This document shows, piece after piece, positions 55,049 to 64,000 of a DNA stretch of 64,000 nucleotides (positions are counted from its first letter, which is position 1; every line of letters begins with the position of its first letter). Origin of the DNA: an uncultured Candidatus Saccharibacteria bacterium (GTDB lineage: Bacteria; Patescibacteriota; Minisyncoccia; Phycocordibacterales; XYD1-FULL-46-19). A program made the translations under genes and the position numbers. The DNA is taken from positions 219,757-283,756 of the forward strand of contig CAZXCI010000001.1 in assembly GCA_964639285.1 (NCBI GenBank), given 5' to 3'. The notes under the pieces are model-generated. The model was given only the letters and a program-made list of their open reading frames with translations, ran no database searches and had not been told where the DNA came from.

Positions 55049-57208
55049 TTATTGATTGCTTTTCTCCAACTCACGAATCTCGTCACGGAGGATGGCAGCG
55101 GTTTCGAAGTCGAGATTCTTGACTGCTTCGGACATTTGTTTATTTTTTTCTTTAATCAATTTCTTATAACCCTTCTTATCAAGATCAAGCGTCTCAATCG
55201 CCAGCAAATTGGCCACCGCCTTATGACGATCCCCAGCAATCGAGTCAGTAATGTCATGAATTTTCTTAGAAATAGAAATGGGGGTGATTTTGTGTTTTTT
55301 GTTATAAGCCAGCTGGATAGTGCGACGACGATTGGTCTCATCAATCGCCTTCTTCATTGAGCCAGTCACAACATCAGCATAAAGAATTACTCGCCCAGCC
55401 AAATTACGAGCCGCCCGACCGATAGTCTGAATTAAGGAAACTTCAGAACGCAAAAACCCCTCCTTATCAGCATCAAGAATCCCGATGAAAGAGACCTCGG
55501 GCAAGTCCAAGCCCTCACGCAAGAGGTTCACTCCCACCAAGCAGTCAAAAGTTCCTCGACGAAATTCGGTGAGAATCTTAATGCGCTCCAAGGTCTTAAC
55601 CTCACTGTGGAGATACTCCGACTTCACCCCCTCGTTCTTGAGATACTCGGCGAGATCCTCGGCCATCTTCTTGGTGAGAGTGGTGGCAATCACGCGATGA
55701 CCACTTTTAATTTCTTTTTGTGCTTCTACTATAAAATCTTTTATCTGGCCATCGTAAGCCCGGCAGTTTGAAGTCGTATCTCGCGTAGCCAGATCCGACT
55801 TCGAACTGCCAGATCCGAGGACTTTCTGAGAAGCAGAGTTCTTCTTCGGAGTTATTCTTGAAATTATGGGCCTAATTTTGACCATTGGATCAATCAACCC
55901 AGTCGGACGGATAATTTGTTCGACAACGCCCTTTCCTTCACTTTTTTCAAGTTCATACTCACCTGGTGTGGCACTGGTATAGATAACTTGACCAACCCGT
56001 TCTTCAAATTCGGGGAACCTAAGGGGGCGATTATCAAGCGCGGAGGGAAGACGAAAACCATACTCAACTAAATTCTTCTTGCGACTCTCATCACCAGCAA
56101 ACATCCCCCGAATTTGTGGTACCGCCACATGCGATTCATCAATAATGGTCAAAAAGTCAGCGACCTTCTTCGCATGAGAACCTGTCCCGAGCGTAGTCGA
56201 GGGGAAGTAGTCAAGCAAAGTCGCTGGCGCCTCCCCCTTCTTCCGCCCCGTTAGGTGACGCGAATAATTCTCAATTCCATTGCAATAACCCACCTCCTTA
56301 ATCATCGCGAGGTCATAATTGGTTCGTCTTTTTAATCTCTCGGCCTCAAGCAACTTCCCCTCTTTATTTAATTCCTTCAATCTCGTCTCAAGCTCTAATT
56401 TTATAGATTTTATCGCGCGATCACGGTCTTCTTGACTAGTGATGAAGTGCTTGGCCGGATAAATATAGGTTTCTCGGGGCGTACTAATGATCCGCCGGGA
56501 AATAGAATCAACGATCAAAATTTCACCAACTCTACTTGCCCCGTCATGAGAGGAGTCAGCCACCATTTTCAAATTCACAATCTCACGGCTACCCGGCAAC
56601 ATAATCTCGATGGAGTTACCAATCGCGCGGAAGGTGCCCGGAGTTAAGTCAGCATTTGTTCGTTCAAAATAAACATTGATTAATTTCTCAATAATTTCCT
56701 GACGCGTATATTTGTCACCCACCAAGAGACGCACGAAGCTCTTGGCATATTCCTCCGGACTCCCTAAGCCATAAATACACGAAACCGAAGCGACAATAAT
56801 CACATCACGCCGAGTAAGCAAGGCCTCGGTGGAAGCATAGCGCAAACGCTCAATTTCTTCGTTAATGCTGGCGTCCTTCTCGATATAAGTATCAGAGTGA
56901 GCAATATAGGCTTCGGGTTGATAATAATCGTAATAAGAGACAAAATAATGCACGGCCGCATCAGGGAAAAAATCGCGATACTCTTGGGCCAATTGGGCCG
57001 CCAAGGTCTTGTTGTGAGCGATTACCAGGGTTGGCTTATTGTGCTCGGCAATCACATTGGCCATGGTGAAGGTCTTGCCCGAGCCCGTCACACCCAACAA
57101 GGTCTGATGCTTGAGACCTTCCTTAAGCCCCTTAACCAGCGCCTCAATCGCTCGTGGTTGGTCACCAGCTGGGGCAAACTTAGATTGTAATTTAAAAATC
57201 TTGGCCAT
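55049..57208 (-). CDS. uvrB: Excinuclease ABC subunit B
   Basis: GVTGSGKTFTMANVI, helicase motifs, C-terminal UVR domain; possible insertion of about 35 aa around 55762-55820. Confidence 0.9.
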   Translation of the reverse strand: MAKIFKLQSKFAPAGDQPRAIEALVKGLKEGLKHQTLLGVTGSGKTFTMANVIAEHNKPTLVIAHNKTLAAQLAQEYRDFFPDAAVHYFVSYYDYYQPEAYIAHSDTYIEKDASINEEIERLRYASTEALLTRRDVIIVASVSCIYGLGSPEEYAKSFVRLLVGDKYTRQEIIEKLINVYFERTNADLTPGTFRAIGNSIEIMLPGSREIVNLKMVADSSHDGASRVGEILIVDSISRRIISTPRETYIYPAKHFITSQEDRDRAIKSIKLELETRLKELNKEGKLLEAERLKRRTNYDLAMIKEVGYCNGIENYSRHLTGRKKGEAPATLLDYFPSTTLGTGSHAKKVADFLTIIDESHVAVPQIRGMFAGDESRKKNLVEYGFRLPSALDNRPLRFPEFEERVGQVIYTSATPGEYELEKSEGKGVVEQIIRPTGLIDPMVKIRPIISRITPKKNSASQKVLGSGSSKSDLATRDTTSNCRAYDGQIKDFIVEAQKEIKSGHRVIATTLTKKMAEDLAEYLKNEGVKSEYLHSEVKTLERIKILTEFRRGTFDCLVGVNLLREGLDLPEVSFIGILDADKEGFLRSEVSLIQTIGRAARNLAGRVILYADVVTGSMKKAIDETNRRRTIQLAYNKKHKITPISISKKIHDITDSIAGDRHKAVANLLAIETLDLDKKGYKKLIKEKNKQMSEAVKNLDFETAAILRDEIRELEKSNQ

Positions 57209-58475
57209 TGATAATTTTTTCTCTAATGTTATTAGTCAAATGGATTAGAAAATAGAGATTATGAACTGAGGCAAGTGTGCCGGCCAACATTTCCTTAGCG
57301 CGGAAGAGGTGGGCCAAGTAAGCGCGAGTGTAATGCTTACAAACATAACAACCGCAACCTTCCTCAATCGGAGTAAAATCTTCTTTATATTGAGCATTCA
57401 AGATATTTAGACGGCCATTTTTTGTAATTAACGTACCATTCCTAGCCATGCGGGTAGGAGTGACACAATCGAAAGTGTCGGCTCCATTTTTAATCCCCTC
57501 CACGATATCTTCAGATTCGCCAATGCCTAATAAATGTCTTGGTTTGTCTTCGGGCAAAAGAGCGGAGACCCAACCCACCGCTGTCCCCATGTCTTCTTTA
57601 TTAAAGGAGCCCCCAATGCCGAAGCCGTCGAAGTCCATTGCTCCAATCACCCTTGCCGATTCTTCTCGCAAATCTTGATGTCGCCCACCCTGAACAATGC
57701 CAAATAAGGCGGGTTGCGAAGAAGGTAAGAAGTCCCTATCAAAAACGTCTGGCCGAGCATCGCGAGGAGATCCGAGGACTTTTTGAGAGGGAGCTTCTTC
57801 CTTCTGAAGCAAACGTTTATGTTCAGCCAAACTTCTCTCCGCCCAACGGTGAGTTCTCTCCATCGCTTGCTTCTGATAATCATAGTCAGCAGAAGGTGAC
57901 GTGCATTCATCAAAAGCAAAAATAATATCCGCTCCCAAATTATGCTGAATCTGCATCGAACGTTCAGGGGTGAAGCGATGCTCACTCCCATCAATATGTG
58001 ATTTGAAAGTTACCCCTTCCTCATCAATCTTCGCCAGCTTGACAATAGGCTCACGATCGGAGTCTTCTTCGGCCTGCCCGCCTAAGTTTTGCTTAGCAAA
58101 ATTTTGGAGGGCAAATTTAGAAATCCCACCTTCACCGTATGCGGCCCCCAGAGAGAAAACTTGGAAACCGCCAGAGTCAGTCATCATTGGTCCGTGCCAA
58201 TTCATAAAATTATGCAGTCCACCCGCGCGAGCCACCAATTCATCGCCTGGTTGGAGATATAAGTGATAAGTGTTAGCGAGCACCACTTGCGCGCCAAGAT
58301 TATTGACCATCTCGGGCGTCAGAGCTTTAACTGTGGCCTTAGTTCCCACAGCAACAAAAGCCGGGGTCTGGATATCCCCGTGTGCCGTATGGATCACTCC
58401 GGCCCTGCCTGCGCAGGCAGGCCGGCCTAACTCACCTTTCATCTTCTTCTCAATTTTAAAACTAAAATCGCTCAC
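57192..58475 (-). CDS. tgt: Queuine tRNA-ribosyltransferase
   Basis: TPAFVAVGT and the zinc site CGCYVCKHYTRAYLAHLF; a GC-rich palindrome is translated in-frame near the N-terminus. Confidence 0.85.
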   Translation of the reverse strand: MSDFSFKIEKKMKGELGRPACAGRAGVIHTAHGDIQTPAFVAVGTKATVKALTPEMVNNLGAQVVLANTYHLYLQPGDELVARAGGLHNFMNWHGPMMTDSGGFQVFSLGAAYGEGGISKFALQNFAKQNLGGQAEEDSDREPIVKLAKIDEEGVTFKSHIDGSEHRFTPERSMQIQHNLGADIIFAFDECTSPSADYDYQKQAMERTHRWAERSLAEHKRLLQKEEAPSQKVLGSPRDARPDVFDRDFLPSSQPALFGIVQGGRHQDLREESARVIGAMDFDGFGIGGSFNKEDMGTAVGWVSALLPEDKPRHLLGIGESEDIVEGIKNGADTFDCVTPTRMARNGTLITKNGRLNILNAQYKEDFTPIEEGCGCYVCKHYTRAYLAHLFRAKEMLAGTLASVHNLYFLIHLTNNIREKIINGQDF

Positions 58476-58517
58476 GATCTGATATTAACATCTTGAGCGA
58501 TTTTAATGAAGTTTATC

Positions 58518-59519
58518 TTATTTCACTAGGTTCACCGGTGTGCCGGAGGCAAAACTTCTGACATTCTCAAGGGTTGTATTAACGATACGCAGCATAGCCT
58601 CCCAAGTGTTGAAGGCGTTGTGCGGAGTGACAATAACATTGGGCATATCAACCAAAATGTGGTTTTGCAAGACCGTACGGAGATTGTGTTCACCCGAACT
58701 TGGGGTGGTGAGATAAGTAAATTCATCTTTAGTCACCCCCTCTTCTTCTAAGACATCAAGACCAGCTCCCGCCAAGTGTCCATCTTTAAGACTCTTGAGT
58801 AAAGCATCTGTCTCGACTAAAGCCCCGCGAGCCGTATTGATGAGGTAAGCCCCTTTCTTCATCTTGGCCAAAGTGTCAGCGTTGATGAGGTGATGATTCT
58901 CTTCCATATAGGGCACATGTAGAGTCACAATATCAGCTTGCGCCAAGACCTCATCGAAAGTTAGATATTGGTAATCAAATTTCGCCCGATAGGCCTCATC
59001 GGGGAATTTGTCATAAGCGATAACCTTCATGTTGAAGCCTTTAGCAATCTCAATCACGTTCTTGCCAATCTTGCCGGTGCCAATCACACCCAACGTTTTC
59101 CCATTCAGGTCAAAACCGCGCATCCCCTCGAGGCTAAAGCTTCCTGTCTCTCTAATCCGATCATAGCTAGCAAAAATCTTACGTGACAGGGTGAGCATCA
59201 GGGCAAAGGCGTATTCGGCCACCGTCTCCTCACCATAACTCGGGACATTAGCCACCACGACTCCGTGAGCTTTGCAAAGGTCAAGATCAATATGATCAAA
59301 ACCGGTCGAGCGTGTCGAAATCATTTTGAGCTTGGGAAAATGAACGAGAACTTTCTCATTAATTACTGAATTCACAAAAACAGAAAGGATCTCCGCATCA
59401 TTCTCGGTCGGCAGAGTGTCTTCGGTCAAAATTCCATCAAGAAGTTCTGTCTCAGACAAATTTTGTTCCTGCAAATACTCCTTTTCCCATTTTTCTAACT
59501 CAAAAAATATTGTTTTCAT
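58518..59519 (-). CDS. D-isomer-specific 2-hydroxyacid dehydrogenase (D-lactate dehydrogenase-like)
   Basis: GKTLGVIGTGKIG NAD-binding motif, catalytic region AYLINTARGALV...H. Confidence 0.8.
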   Translation of the reverse strand: MKTIFFELEKWEKEYLQEQNLSETELLDGILTEDTLPTENDAEILSVFVNSVINEKVLVHFPKLKMISTRSTGFDHIDLDLCKAHGVVVANVPSYGEETVAEYAFALMLTLSRKIFASYDRIRETGSFSLEGMRGFDLNGKTLGVIGTGKIGKNVIEIAKGFNMKVIAYDKFPDEAYRAKFDYQYLTFDEVLAQADIVTLHVPYMEENHHLINADTLAKMKKGAYLINTARGALVETDALLKSLKDGHLAGAGLDVLEEEGVTKDEFTYLTTPSSGEHNLRTVLQNHILVDMPNVIVTPHNAFNTWEAMLRIVNTTLENVRSFASGTPVNLVK

Positions 59520-59642
59520 CCCGTTAGAAACAGGTCGCGATCTTTAAATCACCACCCGTCATTATTTTATTATTTAATAATATCTTTAACATTTTAACTT
59601 TTATACACCATCCTAGCGATCGCGGTTTCTAACGGGATTCAT
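59520..59642 (-). repeat. Inverted-repeat leader element, copy C; abuts the start codon of the 2-hydroxyacid dehydrogenase gene
   Basis: CCCGTTAGAAACAGGTCGCGATC...GATCGCGGTTTCTAACGGGATTCAT. Confidence 0.7.
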
Positions 59643-59646
59643 TTTT

Positions 59647-62094
59647 CTACTCTTGAACGCTCGAGTCCGGACCCGGATATTTCTTCTCCGCGGATTCGAT
59701 AATTGGAAGAGTTTTTATAACCGTATCAGGGTTAAGGGAGATACTTGAAATGCCGTTCTTGATCAGAAACTCAGCGTACTCTGGATAATCCGATGGCGCT
59801 TGGCCACAAATACCAATATACTTATTCTCTTTGCGGCAAGCACTAATCGCCACCTCAATCAATTTCTTTACCGACGGATGGTTCTCGTTAGCGATGTGAC
59901 TAATAATATTCGAATCACGATCAAGACCAAGAGTAAGTTGAGTTAAATCGTTAGAGCCAATCGACATCCCATCGAAGACCTCCAAAAATTCAGTGGCTTC
60001 AGTGACGTTTGAAGGGATCTCACACATGACATAGACCTTAAGCGACGGATCAGCCTTACGATCAAGTCCCGCTTCTTCCATAATAGCAACCACTTGGTTC
60101 GCCTCCTCAACGGTGCGACAAAAAGGAATCATAGGAATAATATTGAAGAGGCCCATTTCTTGGCGCGCCTTGTAGAGAGCCTTGCACTCAAGAGCAAAAG
60201 CTTTGCGGAACTTGGGGTCATAATAACGCGAAGCGCCTCTCCAACCAATCATCGGATTCTCCTCGTGAGGCTCATACATATCGCCTCCGATCAAAGTACT
60301 ATACTCGTTGGTCTTGAAATCGGAGAAGCGGATAATGACATCATGCGGATAGAAAGCGGCGGCGATAAGGGAAATGCCCTCAGCTAATTCGCCAACATAA
60401 TAATCTGTTTTATTTTTATATTCTTTGGCCAATTCATCAATCGCTTTTACCGCTTTCTTGGCTCGGGGATCCCGGCTAGTTTTTAGCTCTTTGTAGTCAA
60501 GCAACGCATTAGGGTGCACCTTGATATAAGAACTGATAATGAACTCTAGACGGCCAAGACCAACACCGGAGGTGGGTAAATGGAAATTGCGGAAGGCGTC
60601 TTCGGGCGAGCCAATATTTACCATTACTTTAGTCCTGGTTTTAGGCAAGCGATCAAGATGGTGTTCCTTAACCTCAAAATCGAGTTTTCCCTCATAAGCA
60701 ACTCCTTCTTTGCCTGACGAACAATCAACTGTCAGCAATTGGTTATTTTTCAGAACCTTAGTCGCGTTACCGGTTCCCACAATACAGGGGACACCGAGCT
60801 CACGAGAGACAATAGCGGCGTGGCTGGTGCGACCACCTTTCTCAGTGATAATGGCTGAAGCAATCTTCATGATGGGTTCCCAATCTGGATCGGTAATTTC
60901 TGTCACCAAGATCTCCCCCTTTTTGAAGGTATTCATCTGCTTAGCATCACGAATAATTCGAACCCGCCCTGAAGCAATCTTAGAACCAATAGCCGTCCCT
61001 TTAATCAGCTCTTTACTCTTGGGGCCAAGAACATATTCAGAGTAAACATTTTTGTCTGCTCCCGCGTGAATCGTTTCGGGTCGAGCTTGCACAATGTAGA
61101 GCTCCTTAGTTTTTCCATCTTTAGCCCATTCCATATCCATTGGCTGATAGCGATTATGCTTCTTCGAGAAATATTTTTCGATAGTCATCCCCCAAATTGC
61201 CAACTTATTGATCTCGTCATCAGTTAAGGCAAATTTCTCGAAATCGGCGGCTGGCACCTTCACCTGCTTAGTCCCCTTCTTGTCATAAATTAATTTTACA
61301 TCTTTCTTGCCCAGAGTCTTAGATAAAATTGCGTGATAACCTCGCTCAAGAGATGGTTTGAAAACGGTATATTCGTCTGGTGTAACCTTGCCCAAGACAA
61401 TCATCTCACCGAGGCCATAAGAAGCGTTAATAATCACAACTTTGTCGAAACCATTCTCAGTATCAATAGAGAACATTACACCAGAACAGCCAAGGTCACT
61501 TCGCACCATCTTCTGAACACCAACCGAGAGAAGAACATCAAACATGGAGAAACCTTTGTCGAAGCGATAAGAAATGGCCCGATTGGTGAAGAGTGAGGCC
61601 ATACACTTGCGCACCGAGAACATTAACTCCTTCTCATTATTAATATTTAGAAAAGTTTCTTGTTGGCCAGCAAAAGAGGCTCCGGGTAGATCTTCAGCCG
61701 TCGCCGAAGAACGCACGGCAACGTCAACATTGCGAGTATGATAACTTGAACTAAGTTGCTGATAAGCAGCAATAATTTCAACCTTTAATTCTTCGGGGAG
61801 TTCCTCGGCAATAATCATGTCACGAACCTTCTTCCCTCGTTTTTGCAAATCAGTAATATTGTGAGTATCAAGATCAGTAAGAACCTCTTTGATTCGTTGC
61901 TTCAGGCCCGTCTTGTCGAGAAAATAAGAGTAAGCGTACGCCGTAATGGCAAAACCATTGGGGACATTAACTCCCATCTGAACTAAATTATTAAACATTT
62001 CGCCAAGAGCGGCGTTCTTACCACCAACAAGAGGGATGTCAGAGATAGTGAGGTCCTTAAACCAGATAACAAATTCTTTTGATTTTTCCGTCAT
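59647..62094 (-). CDS. ppsA: Phosphoenolpyruvate synthase (pyruvate, water dikinase)
   Basis: LVGGKNAALGEM N-terminus, phospho-His domain GGRTSHAAIVSRELGVPCIVG, C-terminal PEP-utilizing domain. Confidence 0.85.
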   Translation of the reverse strand: MTEKSKEFVIWFKDLTISDIPLVGGKNAALGEMFNNLVQMGVNVPNGFAITAYAYSYFLDKTGLKQRIKEVLTDLDTHNITDLQKRGKKVRDMIIAEELPEELKVEIIAAYQQLSSSYHTRNVDVAVRSSATAEDLPGASFAGQQETFLNINNEKELMFSVRKCMASLFTNRAISYRFDKGFSMFDVLLSVGVQKMVRSDLGCSGVMFSIDTENGFDKVVIINASYGLGEMIVLGKVTPDEYTVFKPSLERGYHAILSKTLGKKDVKLIYDKKGTKQVKVPAADFEKFALTDDEINKLAIWGMTIEKYFSKKHNRYQPMDMEWAKDGKTKELYIVQARPETIHAGADKNVYSEYVLGPKSKELIKGTAIGSKIASGRVRIIRDAKQMNTFKKGEILVTEITDPDWEPIMKIASAIITEKGGRTSHAAIVSRELGVPCIVGTGNATKVLKNNQLLTVDCSSGKEGVAYEGKLDFEVKEHHLDRLPKTRTKVMVNIGSPEDAFRNFHLPTSGVGLGRLEFIISSYIKVHPNALLDYKELKTSRDPRAKKAVKAIDELAKEYKNKTDYYVGELAEGISLIAAAFYPHDVIIRFSDFKTNEYSTLIGGDMYEPHEENPMIGWRGASRYYDPKFRKAFALECKALYKARQEMGLFNIIPMIPFCRTVEEANQVVAIMEEAGLDRKADPSLKVYVMCEIPSNVTEATEFLEVFDGMSIGSNDLTQLTLGLDRDSNIISHIANENHPSVKKLIEVAISACRKENKYIGICGQAPSDYPEYAEFLIKNGISSISLNPDTVIKTLPIIESAEKKYPGPDSSVQE

Positions 62095-62170
62095 AATTTA
62101 AAATTACTTATAATTAAGTTTTAATTGTAATAATGTTTTAATTATACAGGAACAAGGGAGAATAAACAAA

Positions 62171-62205
62171 AAATCCCCCCGGCCGGAGGCCGGGGGGATT
62201 TTTCT
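62171..62205 (-). terminator. Intrinsic terminator (tccccccggcc-gga-ggccgggggga) with flanking A-runs and T-runs
   Basis: 11-bp GC stem; lies immediately downstream of the 52-aa ORF. Confidence 0.65.
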
Positions 62206-62209
62206 TGGA

Positions 62210-62368
62210 CTATTTGCCCCGATTGAAGACTTTGATCGGACGACTCTTGAAATTATTCTTGGTCGCCCAAGTTGCCTGATTCTCGATGTTCTTAGATCCA
62301 CGAAAACTAGAGGCAGTACGAAACTTCGGTTGACCTGGCTTATTGCCAACTTTCCCCGTATTTTTCAT
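62210..62368 (-). CDS. Small basic protein (52 aa), not in the ORF track
   Basis: MKNTGKVGNKPGQPKFRTASSFRGSKNIENQATWATKNNFKSRPIKVFNRGK; a strong terminator follows directly; the 81-aa ORF in the track in another frame looks spurious. Confidence 0.4.
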   Translation of the reverse strand: MKNTGKVGNKPGQPKFRTASSFRGSKNIENQATWATKNNFKSRPIKVFNRGK

Positions 62369-62397
62369 GTTAATTTACAACGTTAGAGACAAAAATA

Positions 62398-63186
62398 TTA
62401 ATTTTTGAAGGCATCACGGAGATCAGCGATGGCTTTTTCATAAGCAGCACGAAATTCTTCTTGCGCTCTGGTTACGGCCATCTTACGAGTTTCAGTGCTT
62501 GAATTCACTGTCACCTTGGCCTTATCGATACCCTGAACAGCTTGCCTAAATTCCTCTCGAGCAGCCTTAATTCCCTCGTTGATGTTCCTTCGAATAACTT
62601 GAATATCAACACCATTGTCACAATCAGTTTTAGCTTTAGCCAAGAGGCCATCAACGGCTGCCTTAAAGGCTGTGCGAGCTGTCTCATTAGCCGTCTTTCT
62701 CAAAGAAAGAGCTTGGTCAACATTTTCACGATAAGCCTTCACGGCTTCATCAACAGCTAAACGATGAGTCTCGGTAATAGAAGCGAGTGTTGTGCGAAAG
62801 GCGGTGACGGCAATTTTCTGGTCACTCGTTGTTGCTCGAGCTTCTAACTTGGAGATACGTTCGTCACGATTAGCGTCAACTCTAGCTCGAATGCTAAGAC
62901 GTTTCTCATCAACATTTAAGCGATTTTCACTAATTTTCTTAAGTTGCTCGGCTTTCTTAATTTCGAATTTGGCTAATTGCTCGGACAAATTCTGATTTTG
63001 CTGGGTTAATTTATCGGTAATATTGACACAGAAATTATTGCCAACCTTGTTTGCTTTAGGCGTAGAAGTCGCAAAGGGACGTGCAAAAGAGGCAATCGGC
63101 AAAATTAAAGCACCAAGAACAAGGGCACTGACTAAAACTTTGAAATTGTTTTTATAATTCATTTTGGTAAGTTTGGTTAATCTCAT
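62398..63186 (-). CDS. Secreted coiled-coil protein with a signal peptide
   Basis: Signal peptide LVSALVLGALILPIASFA; Ala/Lys/Glu-rich helical repeats. Confidence 0.5.
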   Translation of the reverse strand: MRLTKLTKMNYKNNFKVLVSALVLGALILPIASFARPFATSTPKANKVGNNFCVNITDKLTQQNQNLSEQLAKFEIKKAEQLKKISENRLNVDEKRLSIRARVDANRDERISKLEARATTSDQKIAVTAFRTTLASITETHRLAVDEAVKAYRENVDQALSLRKTANETARTAFKAAVDGLLAKAKTDCDNGVDIQVIRRNINEGIKAAREEFRQAVQGIDKAKVTVNSSTETRKMAVTRAQEEFRAAYEKAIADLRDAFKN

Positions 63187-63484
63187 CTAATAATGAGTTG
63201 TTGTCGGTTAAAGCTGAAACGTTGGCGTCCCCCGAACGCAAGAGTTCTGTTTCCTCAGCTTGTTCCTGGTCCAGAGAAGAGAGGAGGCTATCAAGATCGA
63301 CATCGCCAGTTTTAGCAGAAGGATTGACTACTTTACCTGGCCAAAACGGTTCCTCTATTATATCTGCCGACTTAAAGTAGAAGTAGACAACCCCAGCTAA
63401 CAAAATTAAGACGATAACGACGAGAGAGACAATAATTTTTATAGTTTTGCTCATATTAATAATTAAGATACTAATAATATACAA
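63152..63484 (-). CDS. Small membrane-anchored acidic protein
   Basis: ORF; transmembrane helix IIVSLVVIVLILLAGVVYFYF. Confidence 0.4.
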   Translation of the reverse strand: MYIISILIINMSKTIKIIVSLVVIVLILLAGVVYFYFKSADIIEEPFWPGKVVNPSAKTGDVDLDSLLSSLDQEQAEETELLRSGDANVSALTDNNSLLDEINQTYQNEL

Positions 63485-63507
63485 ATCTACCTTTATCTTA
63501 TCACAAA

Positions 63508-63762
63508 CTAAGAACCAGCGCGATAGGAAGGGAGCCAGTCCATCACCCGACGACGATGTTTGTCAATTGTCCAGAGGCCACTTTTTTCGAAGAGGGAATC
63601 GTGGGTAACTTGAAATTCAAGAAGGGACTCTTTAGTTGCCCGGGGCATAGCTAAGGGAGTATTTTCATTATAGTAGGTCTTAAACTCGTCAAGAGACATC
63701 TCAACAAAATTTACCTCCTGTTCTTGCTTATAGTTATTCTTCACTCCCCTATTGTAACACAA
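63508..63762 (-). CDS. Hypothetical small protein
   Basis: ORF only. Confidence 0.3.
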   Translation of the reverse strand: MCYNRGVKNNYKQEQEVNFVEMSLDEFKTYYNENTPLAMPRATKESLLEFQVTHDSLFEKSGLWTIDKHRRRVMDWLPSYRAGS

Positions 63763-63866
63763 ACTTACTACTTTTACAAATTTACCCTTGTTTATTTCTC
63801 CAGAAGGTCTAAACTGTAATCAGTATCTAAATCCTAAGTGTTCTTTTTTCATAAAAAGGAGGTAAC

Positions 63867-64000
63867 ATGTCTGGAGAAGACCGTCCTAGCGAAGAGATCT
63901 TAGAGCGCAACAGACTTCAAGCAGAAGACAGCAAGCAATATTACAGATTTGCCTGCCAGGTTATGGGGAAAGAATTGACCCCCAGCGAACTATTTGAGTT
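63867..64000 (+). CDS. Partial CDS (5' end) of a hypothetical protein
   Basis: ATG with an AAAGGAGGT Shine-Dalgarno sequence; open frame to the window edge. Confidence 0.4.
   Translation, partial: MSGEDRPSEEILERNRLQAEDSKQYYRFACQVMGKELTPSELFE

Noticed and set aside
62104-62349. 81-aa minus-strand ORF from the track
   Set aside because: It runs through the terminator hairpin and is hydrophobic and low-complexity. A different frame gives a compact basic 52-aa protein ending exactly before the terminator
1-64000. CRISPR arrays or cas genes
   Set aside because: No regularly spaced direct repeats of 25-40 nt were seen. The repeats present are palindromic mini-elements at dispersed loci

Overview
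This 64 kb window is low-GC (roughly 40%) and densely coding, mostly on the minus strand. Truncated AlaRS and UvrC and many lineage-specific hypothetical proteins are consistent with a small-genome bacterium, possibly CPR/Patescibacteria-like; I cannot verify that. The housekeeping backbone comprises the grpE-dnaK-dnaJ chaperone genes, the ribosomal alpha operon (infA-rpmJ-rpsM-rpsK-rpsD-rpoA-rplQ) followed by rplM-rpsI, tyrS, alaS, leuS, mnmA, mltG, ddl, uvrA/uvrB/uvrC, tgt, ppsA, ychF, pyrD, a MacAB/HlyD-like ABC efflux operon, a two-component pair and two tRNA-Ala genes. On top of that, the sequence itself shows eight things worth attention. (1) An operon of an ANL-type adenylating enzyme, a nitroreductase-fold protein and an E1/ThiF-like protein with an N-terminal extension, next to a TrmB regulator, an aminotransferase and a Gly-rich small ORF; this is a candidate undescribed modification or biosynthetic module. 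(2) A complete serine-hydrolase (alpha/beta-hydrolase, YdeN/RBBP9-like) domain inserted in-frame inside LeuRS. (3) A REP-associated tyrosine transposase (RAYT) flanked by REP hairpins, with REP copies translated in-frame inside uvrC and inside the RAYT gene. (4) At least two families of short GC-rich palindromic mini-elements inserted in-frame into mnmA, uvrC, tgt and possibly uvrB, including nested insertions. (5) Three copies of a roughly 90-120 nt inverted-repeat element (CCCGTTAGAAA...TTTCTAACGGG), each ending exactly at the start codon of a minus-strand gene (dnaJ, uvrA, a 2-hydroxyacid dehydrogenase). (6) Two paralogous promoter/leader regions of about 100 nt in front of unrelated genes. 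(7) Candidate small RNAs with consensus promoters and intrinsic terminators. (8) A tRNA-Ala locus with tRNA gene fragments, a duplicated flank, and a GC-rich ORF driven by a consensus promoter. Everything here is inferred from motifs read in the sequence; no database search was run.
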